Shown here piece after piece: positions 22,401-32,983 of a stretch of 64,000 nt of DNA. Below the pieces are notes generated by a model. It was not told the origin of the DNA and searched no databases. It saw only the letters and a program-made list of their open reading frames with translations. The position numbers and the translations under genes are program-made. Positions within the stretch are counted from its first letter, which is position 1; each line of letters opens with the position of its first letter. The stretch is from Nemertoderma westbladi (lineage: Eukaryota > Animalia > Xenacoelomorpha). The stretch lies in the NCBI GenBank assembly GCA_032718475.1, contig JAUCBJ010009113.1:11722-75721 (forward strand), read 5' to 3'.

Positions 22401-25400
22401 TACTACCGTCCGAGAATTGTCGTGATTCCGTCGGTGTGGTGTAAGTGGCCGTCTTAGTGGATGTTGTCTGGGGTTTTTGTCGGTTGGAGGATGGCAATGT
22501 GATCCCTTCTGCCACGATGTGCTGGTCAGTGTAGTTAGATCGAGTTTCTACTACTGCCTCCCTGGATATTAAAAGGTACACATCTTCTAATTTTAAGAAT
22601 CCTCCCCGCTCTTCTCGCTGGTATTCGACCTTTCTCCACTCCCGACGAAGTCGATGGTGGAGTCGTCCTATGATCTTTAATAGGACTGTAGGGGTATTCC
22701 CGTAATCAAGTTGTCCAATGGATCTTAAGGTAGTGATAGCGTTCTTGATCTCGTCAGCTAGTTTTAATAAGTCGACGGGTTTAGTGATAGCCCCTCCCTT
22801 ACAGAGTTCCTCTATTACTGACCTGGCCATACTAACTGTACCTCCGTATATCGAAGTTAAACGATCGTACGCTAGTTCAAAAGCGTCCGGTACACCGACG
22901 AAAGTCTCCGCCAAACGTTTAGGTTCTCCTGACAACGTTTGGAGCAGGTAATCGAACTTCTCCCGTGATGTAAAGGCGCACACGGCGATCTGGGATTCGT
23001 TATAGTCTACGAAAGTATGCCAGTGTTTTGAGCTACCGGAAAACTTCGGTGGTTGTTGTACCGGCAATCCCTGTCTGGCTGCGAATTTCGCTATCTCCTC
23101 GGCAACGTTCAGAGTTTCGCGTCCTTGGTTGGTACGCTGGTTGATATCCCTTCTTGGCGCTTTTCCCTGATACGATGTGGGGTTTGAAGGTACCGGTCTT
23201 TGTGGTTCCTTCGGGTGTCTATTGTGTTCGAATTCGGAATTTCTCGAACTGTCGGTGTAACCTTCCTCCAGACGTTCCTCGATCTGAGCCAACTTATTGA
23301 CAACTGGTCGCAGAATGTCGGCGAACTGTTGTGTACTAATTGCGTCCGTTGGTTGTAACGCCTTCTGTGTTGGTGTATTCTGTGGAGGATTGTCTGCAAA
23401 GGAGTTGTCTGAATGCTCGCGTTTATATTCATCGGCCGCCCCTGTTCTAAATACCTCGCGTTTCGGGTAATCCGATTCGCTCGAAGTACTACTATCATCC
23501 GGATATGGTGGTCGACGTGCTCGCGTCCGTTGCGTCGTTCGAATTCTAACGTTCCGTTTCGGAACATCGTCCACTGATCTCCGTTGTTCGGTAGGCTCAC
23601 AAGTCTTCCTCGAAGTCGTAGATTGCGATGTAAATTGGTTGAATGGTCGCGTATCCACTGTTCTCCGTTGTTCGGTAGGCTCACAAGTCTTCCTCGAAGT
23701 CGTAGATTGCGATGTAAACTGAACCGGTGGGCGAATGACAGCATTTGAAACAACTGGCCTTGTGGGTCGAAACGTCATTGGGTAAGCGTAGTGTGTAACG
23801 GGTTTAGGTGTCGACGGTGGACTCACCTGTTTAGTCGTCAGTAGTGCAGGTCCAGTCAACAAACTACTACGATCCGTAATCGGTGGGTTACTTACCTTGA
23901 CTTTCGGAATGGGCGACGACGTTGCTCTTGGCGGTGTAAACTCGTCCGGAATAACAAACCTGTGTTCCGTCGCACCATGGATAGGAGAAATGTTACTACT
24001 ACCCGCAATCGAAACAGGTTCCTTAGTCGTAACTGGTGCAAACATATGAGTTACCTGTGGGAATCGTTGACACAAGTCCTTTACTAATTGTCGTTCCCGT
24101 CCGGGTGCTCCCACGCTTCCTTCCTTCTTCCGTTCCTGAATTTGGCGATGTCTTACCTCTATCTGGTCCAAGTCATGTCCGTCTCGAGATCTCATTGATC
24201 GATCGCGGGCTAGAAGATCCAGATTTTCCTTGGCTTCGGCTACTTCTCTCGCCTTCTTCTCGAGTTCGAAATGGAGTTTAGCTGTCTTCTCTCGTTGTTC
24301 CGTTTGTTGTCGTTGCGCCTCAAACTCCGCTTGTCGTATAGCGGATTGAGCTTTTATTTGCCGTGTTTTCATTTCGGCCCGTGCTTCCGAAACTAATCTT
24401 TCTCTCTCTAAATCAGCCGCTGCGTTTCGTCGCTCTAAATCAGCCGCTGCGTTTCGTCGCTCTAAATCAGCCGCTGCGTTTCGTCGCTCCAAATCAGCCG
24501 CTGCCATTTGTCGCTCTAACTCGACCGCTGCGTTTCGTCGCTCCAAATCAGCCGCTGCGTTTTGTCGCTCCAAATCAGCCGCTGCCATCTGTCGCTCTAA
24601 CTCGACCGCTGCGTTTCGTTGCGCTAAATCAACCGCTGCTGTTTGTTGGGCGATGTCTACCTCTAACCTTTCTACTTCAGCTGCTTCTAATTCAGCTTGT
24701 TCCTGTAGATGAGAGATTCTCGCTACATTTGCAACGCGCAGCTTCTCTTCCTCTACTGCTGCCTGCATCACTAGAAGTTGAGCTTGTTCCTCGATTTCTC
24801 GTTGTTGTTGGTAGAATTCTTGCTGTTGTCGAGCAACTTCTGACGTGACCATACTTCCCTCGCAGATTTCGCTACGAATACTTACCAGCGATTGATTTAG
24901 TATTCCCGGTGCCGATTCGATTTGTGCGAATGAAGTTTCCTTCGTATATTCCGGCACGGTTTCCAAATCACCGACGTCTTCGCCGCACATGCGTAAGTGG
25001 TCCGTCAGGTGTTTCAATTGTCCATCCAGTCGGTACAGTTCCTGTTCTTCCTCGGGTTGTAATAATTCGTCCGAAACTGACTCACCTAACAACTGGTCCG
25101 CTTGTTCCTGTTGTATCTGTCTAATCGTCGACTTAAACTGAATCAGTTTCTCTCTAGCGATCATTAGTTTCTCGAGGATTCTAAGTTGAGTATCCACGTC
25201 CTGTCTCTGTCTAGCTAGATCTTGTAGACCAATTAGGTTATCTACGGACTTGTGTACTCTACTTTGTACTCTAACCTGGAGGGTGTAGAACTCGAATCGA
25301 GACATCGGAGCGGTCAACTCGTCTAATGTGCGTTGGCCTTCCCCAATACTCCTGGTTATATGCGCCATATATCCTCCGACGCTTCTAACCACACTTTCTG

Positions 25401-25650
25401 TGCTTCCTGCTGAACTTACCATGTCCGATTCCCTATATCTAGGTTGCGGAACAATTAGAAAGTCCTCGGTCCTGCCGTCGCCTCGTACTACGGCATCCGG
25501 TACTCCCGTTGGATGTACTGGTGACGCACACGGTGTAGGTTCGGTAGGCTCGCGAGTCTTCCCCTGTTGTTCTTCCGCTGCTGACTTATCTCCGTTGCAT
25601 GAGTCATAGTCGGTAGGTGTGTTCTTCGTATAGTCTTGTTTGTCACTCAT
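19480..25650 (-). CDS. Inner BEL/Pao gag-protease-RT-RNase H polyprotein, ending at a premature TAA
   Basis: BEL-type knuckles CWRCTRHGHVRKDC and CPSCGRNHDGLLH; protease ILDSAS; RT YYLPHH...KVRVVND, DVEAMFHQV, FYVDD; Pao-type RNase H LHCFSDASD and TPRAELQAA. Confidence 0.95.
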   Translation of the reverse strand: MSDKQDYTKNTPTDYDSCNGDKSAAEEQQGKTREPTEPTPCASPVHPTGVPDAVVRGDGRTEDFLIVPQPRYRESDMVSSAGSTESVVRSVGGYMAHITRSIGEGQRTLDELTAPMSRFEFYTLQVRVQSRVHKSVDNLIGLQDLARQRQDVDTQLRILEKLMIAREKLIQFKSTIRQIQQEQADQLLGESVSDELLQPEEEQELYRLDGQLKHLTDHLRMCGEDVGDLETVPEYTKETSFAQIESAPGILNQSLVSIRSEICEGSMVTSEVARQQQEFYQQQREIEEQAQLLVMQAAVEEEKLRVANVARISHLQEQAELEAAEVERLEVDIAQQTAAVDLAQRNAAVELERQMAAADLERQNAAADLERRNAAVELERQMAAADLERRNAAADLERRNAAADLERRNAAADLERERLVSEARAEMKTRQIKAQSAIRQAEFEAQRQQTEQREKTAKLHFELEKKAREVAEAKENLDLLARDRSMRSRDGHDLDQIEVRHRQIQERKKEGSVGAPGRERQLVKDLCQRFPQVTHMFAPVTTKEPVSIAGSSNISPIHGATEHRFVIPDEFTPPRATSSPIPKVKVSNPPITDRSSLLTGPALLTTKQVSPPSTPKPVTHYAYPMTFRPTRPVVSNAVIRPPVQFTSQSTTSRKTCEPTEQRRTVDTRPFNQFTSQSTTSRKTCEPTEQRRSVDDVPKRNVRIRTTQRTRARRPPYPDDSSTSSESDYPKREVFRTGAADEYKREHSDNSFADNPPQNTPTQKALQPTDAISTQQFADILRPVVNKLAQIEERLEEGYTDSSRNSEFEHNRHPKEPQRPVPSNPTSYQGKAPRRDINQRTNQGRETLNVAEEIAKFAARQGLPVQQPPKFSGSSKHWHTFVDYNESQIAVCAFTSREKFDYLLQTLSGEPKRLAETFVGVPDAFELAYDRLTSIYGGTVSMARSVIEELCKGGAITKPVDLLKLADEIKNAITTLRSIGQLDYGNTPTVLLKIIGRLHHRLRREWRKVEYQREERGGFLKLEDVYLLISREAVVETRSNYTDQHIVAEGITLPSSNRQKPQTTSTKTATYTTPTESRQFSDGSRVSAPIGTKQTRQQLSTDFSGCQYCEHLGKRYIGHKLRGCRQFRELNSEERRLQIRPLDSCWRCTRHGHVRKDCPNTDTCPSCGRNHDGLLHTDSHTPTKRFAREHPEAAARCDAAYKRRESKTTPTFVTHIEDCFSEQSGSSDEELEDDDEYSNGDEQPSIALLTTDQLKGFSVIPIKITGTNGSKRIYAILDSASSHSYVDEKIADVVTDLKQGKHVSYTVSSMHGQRAIPVTRVKLDLDSLLPKSQHSERERSLLPFKDLTFAATKDFSNLLGPVPEQSLEDRKYFRHLGVPECPVNYRSVAMLIGTDQFNLHQVWETRPSAVVAGNAYACRTPIGWYTRAPVRTLDVSDEEDDVQSTCSLLTTNSIHSFSHDVNHTTLQSTKHDRRVTSMISHKEQLTHQVSLELGEKTSQLEIPSTTHDRLASLPTPITSTVPVDIDDDVLRNHQMEQAALDKELTEKTIRWLEQDTAEPGSYEPCMSEQEKQSLKIMEDTIHQTKDGHYEVGMLWRSQSPKLINNYPLALRRLHSIRQRLLKDEKAHLQYNTQMETYLTKGYAIRMTNPEIVTDQTYYLPHHYVRHPDKPDKVRVVNDCAALFEGMSLNSELMDGPNMNNYLMGVIMRFRQRQVAFTCDVEAMFHQVRALERDRDSLRFLWYPEGDLSLPPATYQMQVRVFGARDSPNCTMYALKQAARDQKHLYDPEIIKIVERDFYVDDGLQSCDTVERATTVAHQLRDCLAGGGFNLTKFASNSAELVDSFGTTERGGGDIDLEFEPLPTTKVLGLFWDPNTDNFRVKVRLDSQENTLTKRSCLSKLSRLFDPLGFISPVILQARIYMRSIWKDGLTWDEPISSDQVDLWKTWEAELSSLEDYFIPRVYFPLQSTFPDNLELHCFSDASDNGFGVAAYLRRQVDSDEFDVSLITSKAKTMPTKYMTTPRAELQAATLSTTIVNLIQTELQSSLQIFYWTDATLV

Positions 25651-26449
25651 TTCGGTAGTTGTAAGTCAAGTAAAGTGAGTGTCAAAGTATCGAGTTTACC
25701 GTATTTATCTAAACGGTACTAATTACAGTCTTATAAAATTAGCCTACCGGCCGATTTTATAGCAGATGGATAAAATTAGCCTAAAACGGCCAATTTTACA
25801 GCAAATAAATGTCACGGAATAAGTATATAATAAAATTAGCCTAGCGGCCAATTTTATAACAAATAAATCGGATAACGATATGCGTTATCAAAAGGTAAAT
25901 TAAATACAATAATACGGACTAATTCAGCAACGAACAAAGAAATCATACGGAATGCATAAATACTTGAGACAGTGGAACCCACAATAATTTTAACTAATAC
26001 GGTAATGCCTAACTTATTTATGCAACTTTTCGAACTCACCCACTCCAATAATTCTCCAGAAAAACAGATTCCCAGATACAAACCGGACGTGAACCTTTCC
26101 GTTTTTAACGTTGCGGACGAAACGCGATTTTCCCAACCAAAGTTGTTGAGTTATCTATCTCCCAAACTTGCTAAACACGGTCTTGCTCCCGTTACAGTCT
26201 AGAAATGAGTTCTGAATCCTGAAAAACAAAAGAGTTAGGTTTTACTTTACGAAAAATTTTTGTACCGGTACAATATGGTATTTAAACCCTTTTAAACACC
26301 GGTATTCAATTCCAAAAATATTTTACACGCGGTTCAAATCAAATTTTATTTCAAAAAATTAGCACTTAGCTAATCAAATACAAAATTTTTACCTCAAAAT
26401 ACAAAATTTTCAAATAACTTTAGTCCTACCGAACCGTAGTTCAGTAAAA

Positions 26450-26459
26450 CATATTCCTA
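26450..26459 (-). promoter_or_regulatory. Candidate non-tRNA primer-binding site of the inner element
   Basis: Minus strand TAGGAATATG starts 1 nt after the 5' LTR and is complementary to sense-strand CATATTCCTA in the LTR (27518-27527). No TGG is present. Confidence 0.5.
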
Positions 26460-26460
26460 A

Positions 26461-28410
26461 TAATTGAAGAGATACGCCTATTCCTACTATTGGAAGAGAC
26501 GGTAACAATACCTGCAATATCTTACTGTAAAGTTTGTAAATCAAATCATAAATCCGACCTTCTCACCAAAACAGTAAACTCTAAGTAAGCGAATATATTG
26601 CAGTATCAATCTCTTATAACCGGTGAGGCAGAAAACAGTCTACGAGCAGACAAACTTCGATAAAACAAAATCCCGCGCAGCGAATCCTAAAATCAGGCTG
26701 ACTCACTGACGGACTAAAGGGCTCGTATACTTTGCCGCGGTGTGATTTATATAGTTGGGCAAAGGGATGCTAGCTAGGTACAGAGGCAGATATTTGGAGA
26801 TGTCTAACTAGAGCGAGCAAAGTGCAGTAAGGACGAAAGTTAATTTTATATATTTTGAGGTGTAAAGAATTTCTAACGCGCGTGTGTCAATTCTGAACGG
26901 TCAAAGCAGTTTTGCTCCTTCACATATATAATTACTGGGTACGGTGTGCATTTTACGAATATTCTAATTTTATAACTTGTAGGTCCAATACTCACGAATG
27001 ATAAGGTTCCTTCCCCTCTTGCGTATTTCCAGGACTCAAATTCAGGCATAGGGTTAATGCTACGCCCAGAATTCGGCAATTTTAGGTACCAGGTCCCTGA
27101 TACTAAGAAGAGATGTGTTAGTTTACTACTGTAGGCGTACGGGTACTAATAGCTATCCTGGCTCCTATCTAGAATTTTAGTCACCCAGGTAGTCCGGGTA
27201 ACTTCCTATTAGGGCGTTGGCGGGGACACGGTAGATGTTAGTATATCCCTGATAGCCTCAATTTATTTGCGCCTAGTGTAAACTGCCCTACCGCCTGAAC
27301 GGTACAATCCCAATTCAGGTGAAAACACAGCAACCCCCCTAGCCTACAAGTTCTAATGCAATGGACACTGTCGTACTACAAATAGTCGCACACACACCTG
27401 TACTTAGCAAGAGTTAAGCGTACAGTTTGCTGCACCCTAACCAATTGTATGCCTTGTACCGGTGTGCCTACGTCCTATCTGCGTACTAGTATCTGCCTGC
27501 GCTCTCTCCCTCCCCCGTAGGAATATGAAGGTCTACTGCGGTTTTTTCCTGAATCAAGACAGTACAGCCCCTATGATGTAATTTTAGGCTTACAGCGTGT
27601 CACTACGTCTACCTTTTGATCTTTTGGTCTTACACTTAGGTAGCAAGGATCGAACGCTGTCTAACCTTTCAGGCGATGGGCGAATAACTCTAGATGGTAT
27701 TGCGGGTTGTCTCTCGTCTACATTCCCCCGATGTTCCCGTTCATTGCTGCGGCCCGATCTCTAGCCGGCCATCCTGTCCCTTAAGTTTGTTCACCGTAGT
27801 GAATCATGGTAAAACAGATAGAAAAGCAGATTAGCGATAATTCTGACTTTATTACAGAAGATATAATTATAATACAATGTAATCTGAAATAAACTAAGCA
27901 CGACAGAATATTGATAAGATAATCTGAGAAGTAGAAGTGAATATAGATTGAGATATAAGATTGAAGTAGTGAACTAATGAACGAAATCGCACCTTTATAT
28001 ACCAAATTTGTGCCGCAATCAATCGAGAAAATTCTCGATTGTTCTATGGGTTCTAACAGGGTTTTAAAGATAGCTATTGGTCCAGCTAATATATAACTTG
28101 CACGACATTGGTTACAATCAAATAACTACAGTCTCATTGGTACAGACAAATGCAATTAATTTGTAGCGGTTAATTTAAATGAGTTGAAATTCTGCACAAA
28201 AAATAATTCGCACTTACTAGGATTCGAACTCGATACCTACTACACATATAATTTCCAACGCTCTACCAACTGAGCTACTGAACCACTTGACCGATAGGCG
28301 CACAAATGATAGAACCAATACGAATGAGAACTCAAAGCAATCTTTACAAAGTTAATTCGAATAAAATAAAATTTTGAAAATCCACGGCATTTAGGGAATA
28401 TAATTCTATA
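26461..28410 (-). repeat. 5' LTR of the inner element
   Basis: Direct repeat of 11512-13459, flanked by the TSD CGGAC at 28411-28415. Confidence 0.95.
28198..28284 (-). ncRNA. tRNA-derived Pol III-like cassette in the inner 5' LTR
   Basis: Second copy of the A box/B box/T6 cassette, ~125 nt from the LTR 5' end. Confidence 0.7.
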
Positions 28411-28415
28411 CGGAC

Positions 28416-31400
28416 TCCCGTTTGATTTATCAGAAGCTGCCTGGGAAGACATACACCGGATGGGAGTAGCCAAAGAAACCATAGATCCCGCTGTGTGGAA
28501 GAGGTCCGCAGCCGGATACGCACAGGGATTCTTCAGCTCTATGGAGCGAGTAGAAAAACAACTGTTACAACAACCTCAGGGACCTCAAGAGCAGGGACAG
28601 CTGCTTTATCAAGTAAGAGAAAGAATTCTACGAATCAGGTTAATATTATCGGCCTTTGAGGAGGCTTCTAAACGAAGACAAGACACGTCGTTGCAAGTTG
28701 CCGTAAAAACTTGGTTTCAACGGGTGAGTCGCCAGGTTCAAGGAACAGCTCAGTGGAAAGCTCAGCTAGAGGAGCGATCAACCCATGGAGAATCAACAGA
28801 CGCTACTTTTTCCCAAGTGGAAAGTGAAGCGACGGCAGAGAAACCGCATAAGAGGGATGCCATTGACATCTATCTGTCGGACTATCAACGTTTTTTAGGT
28901 AATGACGAGTTGAGGAGAAGGTTAGAGGGACTTAGCCCTAATAGTGAAGGAACCAAGCTTGTGTTGGATGCCATCGATGTGGAAATGAGAGCTGCGAATC
29001 AGGCTAAATTCGATGAACAACTCCGCATCGCTAGAGACCAAGAGGAAAGGGTTAAGAAAAAACGTATAGAAGACAGAAAGGCAGCGGCAGTAGCAGCAGC
29101 AGTGGCATCGGCAGAAGCGGAAAGAAAGGCGGCAGCGGCAGAGGCAGAAGCGGGAAGAAAGGCGGCAGCGGCAGAAGCCGAAGCGGAAAGAAAGGCGGCA
29201 GCGGCAGAGGCCGAAGCGGAAAGAAAGGCGACAGCGGCAGAGGCCGAAGTGGAAAGAAAAGTGGCAGAGGCAGTAGCAGAAGCAGAACGGAGAGCGACTG
29301 AAGAAATCACCCAGTTAGAATTGGAAAACATTCAGGAGAATCAAGACTGCATAAATAAACAGTTAACAGCTAGCAATATGCAGATGATGAATCGATCTAC
29401 TCCCAAACGACAGGGATATACATCATCTGAGGAAGGTGATACCACCGATACTGAAGGCAAAGGAAATAGATCTCGTTTAAGCAGACGTAAAAGAACATTC
29501 CACCGTCAGAAATTGCCTGATTTGCCTCCAGCTGTTAGAAGGCAACTAAATAACACCAACTTAGGTAGTACAGAGCCCACAGACCAAATAATTAAAATAG
29601 AAAGACTCCCTACTATAGTAGATGAGCCTGAAATAATTAGGCCTGTTCTTGAAATCACCCCTTCGGTGATAGACATACCTGTGCTCCCTGAGACTACCTC
29701 TAAATTCCCTTTGCATAGCACTAAGCTACCTGTGCCCCGTAGAACTGCCCCGGATACAGTTCAGGTCCTGGACCCCGAGCGAATTATTCATAATTTGTCG
29801 CCCGTTGTCCCTCGTCCGCCCGCTACAACGTTGGCGACTCCCGCTTCGGCGGTCGAATGGGTGGACGAGAGACGGCGGGGGATGGATATCCTGCTCGGGC
29901 AGATGCAGGAGACTGTCCAGCAATTCAAGGGCACAGTAAGGGAAAGTAGGCTAGAGTTGCAAGAAGTGCAGCAAAGTATCGCGCTCGAACGCGATAAATT
30001 AGTAAACACACAAAGGGGTATACCACCACCCTCAGTAACAATGTGTCAACCTGTTAGGTCTGAAGTATCTCATGCGCAAGGTGTGGAGCCTACACGCATA
30101 TATACTGCTAGCGAAGTCGAAACTCCTATAGTGAACCCTATTAAGGGTAATTATATGCCTGTTGATAATGACATTCCCTATAGAGTTTATCATAATCCGA
30201 GAAATTTATATACCGATAACTCGATATTAAATAACACGATGGCCCAAGAAAGTTTTACGCGTCAAATGGCTAGAACCGAAGCCCGGCAAGCGGTGAAGGT
30301 GGGAGAGATAGTCAAATTCAATGGAGATGAGATGAAATGGTTACCTTTTAATGAATATTACAAAGATAACATACAGAACTCTGTACTATCTAATGGAGAA
30401 AAACTTAGATACCTCATCGAGTGCTTGGAAGGATCTCCCAAGTTAATGGCGTTAAAGTTTATTGGACATCCAGACGGATTAAGACAAGTTTGGGACACAC
30501 TAAACATCAGGTATGGTAATAGGAATAATATCGCTAAGTATTTATATGCAAAATTAGTAGCGCCCAGAAAGTTCATCAGCAGTGGGATAATAGAGTTTTC
30601 CGATGAGATTCAAGTGATCTGTAGACAATTAGATTGGTTAGGTAAGTCTCATGAATACCAAAGTTCTATGGTCATTGGAGCTGTGGCTTCTACTTTACCG
30701 AAAGGTGGGGTAGGCACACGCTGGGATAAGAAAGTACTATATATGATGGAACAACAACGACGAGACCCTACCATGGCTGATCTCATGTCATTCTTGGATG
30801 GAGAAGTGAAATTGCAACTCCTCAAGCAGTCCCGAGAGAAGACACCGGAAAACAAGGTAAGTGAAAAACCCGTCTCTAGGAGAAAGGTAACACCAGTGTG
30901 TTATACAGACGACGGCGAAAGCCAGACTTCTCAAGGAGAAGATAGCGGGAAAGACACTGATAGATCTTATTATGTCAATAAAATGCCTAAAGATCAGGTA
31001 AGTAAATTCAAGTCTCGAGCAAATGACAGGAGAGAACCGATAAGAAAAACTCCTCCCACGTCTCCCAAGAGAATTCAGGTGAGAAAGCCCGAAGAAAAGG
31101 CAAGTCTACACAATGTGACTCAGAATAAAGTAAGTAACATCAAACCGAAATGTGCGCTGTGTGACGGGACCCACCATTTGAATAGGTGTGATGAATTTCT
31201 AAAGAAATCATTAACGGAGAGACGCGAAGTCATGTGGGATAAGCGGTTATGTTATAATTGCCTCAGACAAGGACACCAACGGCGAACCTGTTTCTCTGAC
31301 ATAAGGTGTGCAAAGTGTGGTGCGAAACATCATATCTTGTTGCACGCTGAATTCGATCGAAATAGTCCGAATCAGGTAAGTGATTCCGAGCTACATGTCC

Positions 31401-32983
31401 AATTCAGTGATGTGAACGACACTGATCAATCTGAGATGGAAGGATTCTATACAGACGAGTTCTCCGACGAAAACGAATCCTGTTACATGATAAATACCGC
31501 AGTGTATCGAGCACTCACATATGAAAAAGATACAGACAACGACTTTACTCTAACTACTTCTGAGCGACAACCATCTTGGAAAGAGCCATCTTCCAATGTA
31601 GGGATCCGAGAGTTTCCTGTGGTGCAAGTAAGGGTTCACGGACCTGAGAGGAGTTATGTAGTGAACGCCCTCCTTGACTCCGGTAGTACAGGAACATTCA
31701 TCGACAAAGAGCTAGCCGAAGATATATTTGCTGGACAACCCAAGTTCCAAACTAAGCTCAACATGTCCGGCATTATGCAAGTTTGGAAATCTACAATAAC
31801 AGCTGATTATTATGTAGGCGCGTTGTCCACCCCACAAGACGAACTAGGAGAACATAGCATAAGGTCAGTGAAAATGGTAGCTATAAAGAACTTCGCTACT
31901 ACTCAAGCAGACCTTTATAATTGGGACGAGGATGAGAGCATCCAACATCTTAACATACCTCGATTCCAGACTGATTATCCTGGAGTGCAAATACTCATCG
32001 GCCAAAACGCGCATGAGGCGCTGGAGACATTAGAGAAACGGCCTGCTCAACCGCAGCCACTACAGACCTATGCGGTAAGAACTAGAGTAGGTTGGTACTT
32101 TACTGGCCCTTCCCGTAGAACACTCAGAGAAAGACTACCGCCAGAGAGCGTATGCCAGGTGAGTGAATGGGAAGATGATACCAGTGAGGGAGACAACTTA
32201 ACTGAGGGAACTCCATACTCCTCAGATAATGACGACGTTCACCAGCTTTTTGATGAGGAGAATACCATCGATCTCCTTAAGGAAAACGAGGCTTGGCAAA
32301 ACCAAGTGAACTTATGTCAACTTCTCTATCCATCTGAACGAGAAGCTTACAACGACGAGTTAAATGACGTCATTGAGCGTTGCAATGCCAAGACTCGAGA
32401 TGAACATGCTGTACGATTCTTTACGCAAGAGGCGGTAGAGCCCAATTCCTACGATAAAGCCTTGTCGGTGGAAGAGGAAAGGGCCAAGCAGATCCAAGAG
32501 ACAACTACACGTTTCCTCAAAGATCAAGGAAGGTACGAAGTCGGTTTACCTTTTCGCAAGAGAGAACCGAAGTTCATCAATAACAGACCTTTGGCGGAAA
32601 AAAGAATCGCGCAACTCCATCGACGCCTTACGGCTAATTCTTCAGCTAAAGCAATGTATCAAACGCAGCTGGAAAAATTTATTAGTAAGGGATACGCAGA
32701 GAGAGTACCGGAAGAAACACCTATGACTGAAAGAACGTATTACTTAACTCACCATTACGTTCCTAAACCCGGTAAGCCACACGAAGTGAGAGTAGTGTTT
32801 GATGGCTCCGCTCTTTACATGGGTCAATCCCTTAACTCTGAATTGTTACCCGAACCCAACTTGCTTCAATCTTTGTTGGGAATTCTTTTAAGATTGAGAC
32901 AATATTCGATTGCTTTCGCCTCCGATATAGAAGGCATGTTCTTACAAGTCAAGGTGCTAGATAGGGATCGAGATAGTAATTAA
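28416..32983 (+). pseudogene. Outer BEL/Pao gag-protease-partial RT
   Basis: Knuckles CALCDGTHHLNRC, CYNCLRQGHQRRTC and CAKCGAKHHILLH; protease ALLDSGS; RT start YYLTHH...VRVVFDGS...SDIEGMFLQV. It stops abruptly at DRDSN* before YxDD. No RNase H or integrase is found downstream. Confidence 0.93.

Larger units (their letters stand above)
11512..28410 (-). mobile_element. BEL/Pao LTR retrotransposon (inner element, 16.9 kb), structurally complete
   Basis: ~1.95-kb direct repeats at 11512-13459 and 26461-28410; 5-bp TSD CGGAC at 11507-11511 and 28411-28415; minus-strand gag-PR-RT-RH-IN; purine tract GGAGCGG (minus strand, 13460-13466) abuts the 3' LTR. Confidence 0.95.

Noticed and set aside
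26421-26440. TAGTCCTACCGAACCG as a degenerate tRNA-Tyr-type PBS (TGGTCCTTCGAGCCG)
   Set aside because: The resemblance is on the + strand, the wrong polarity for a minus-strand element, and has several mismatches.
17153-30855. Short antisense and alternate-frame ORFs over the two gag-pol regions
   Set aside because: Shadows of long coding frames and their repeats, with no independent motifs.
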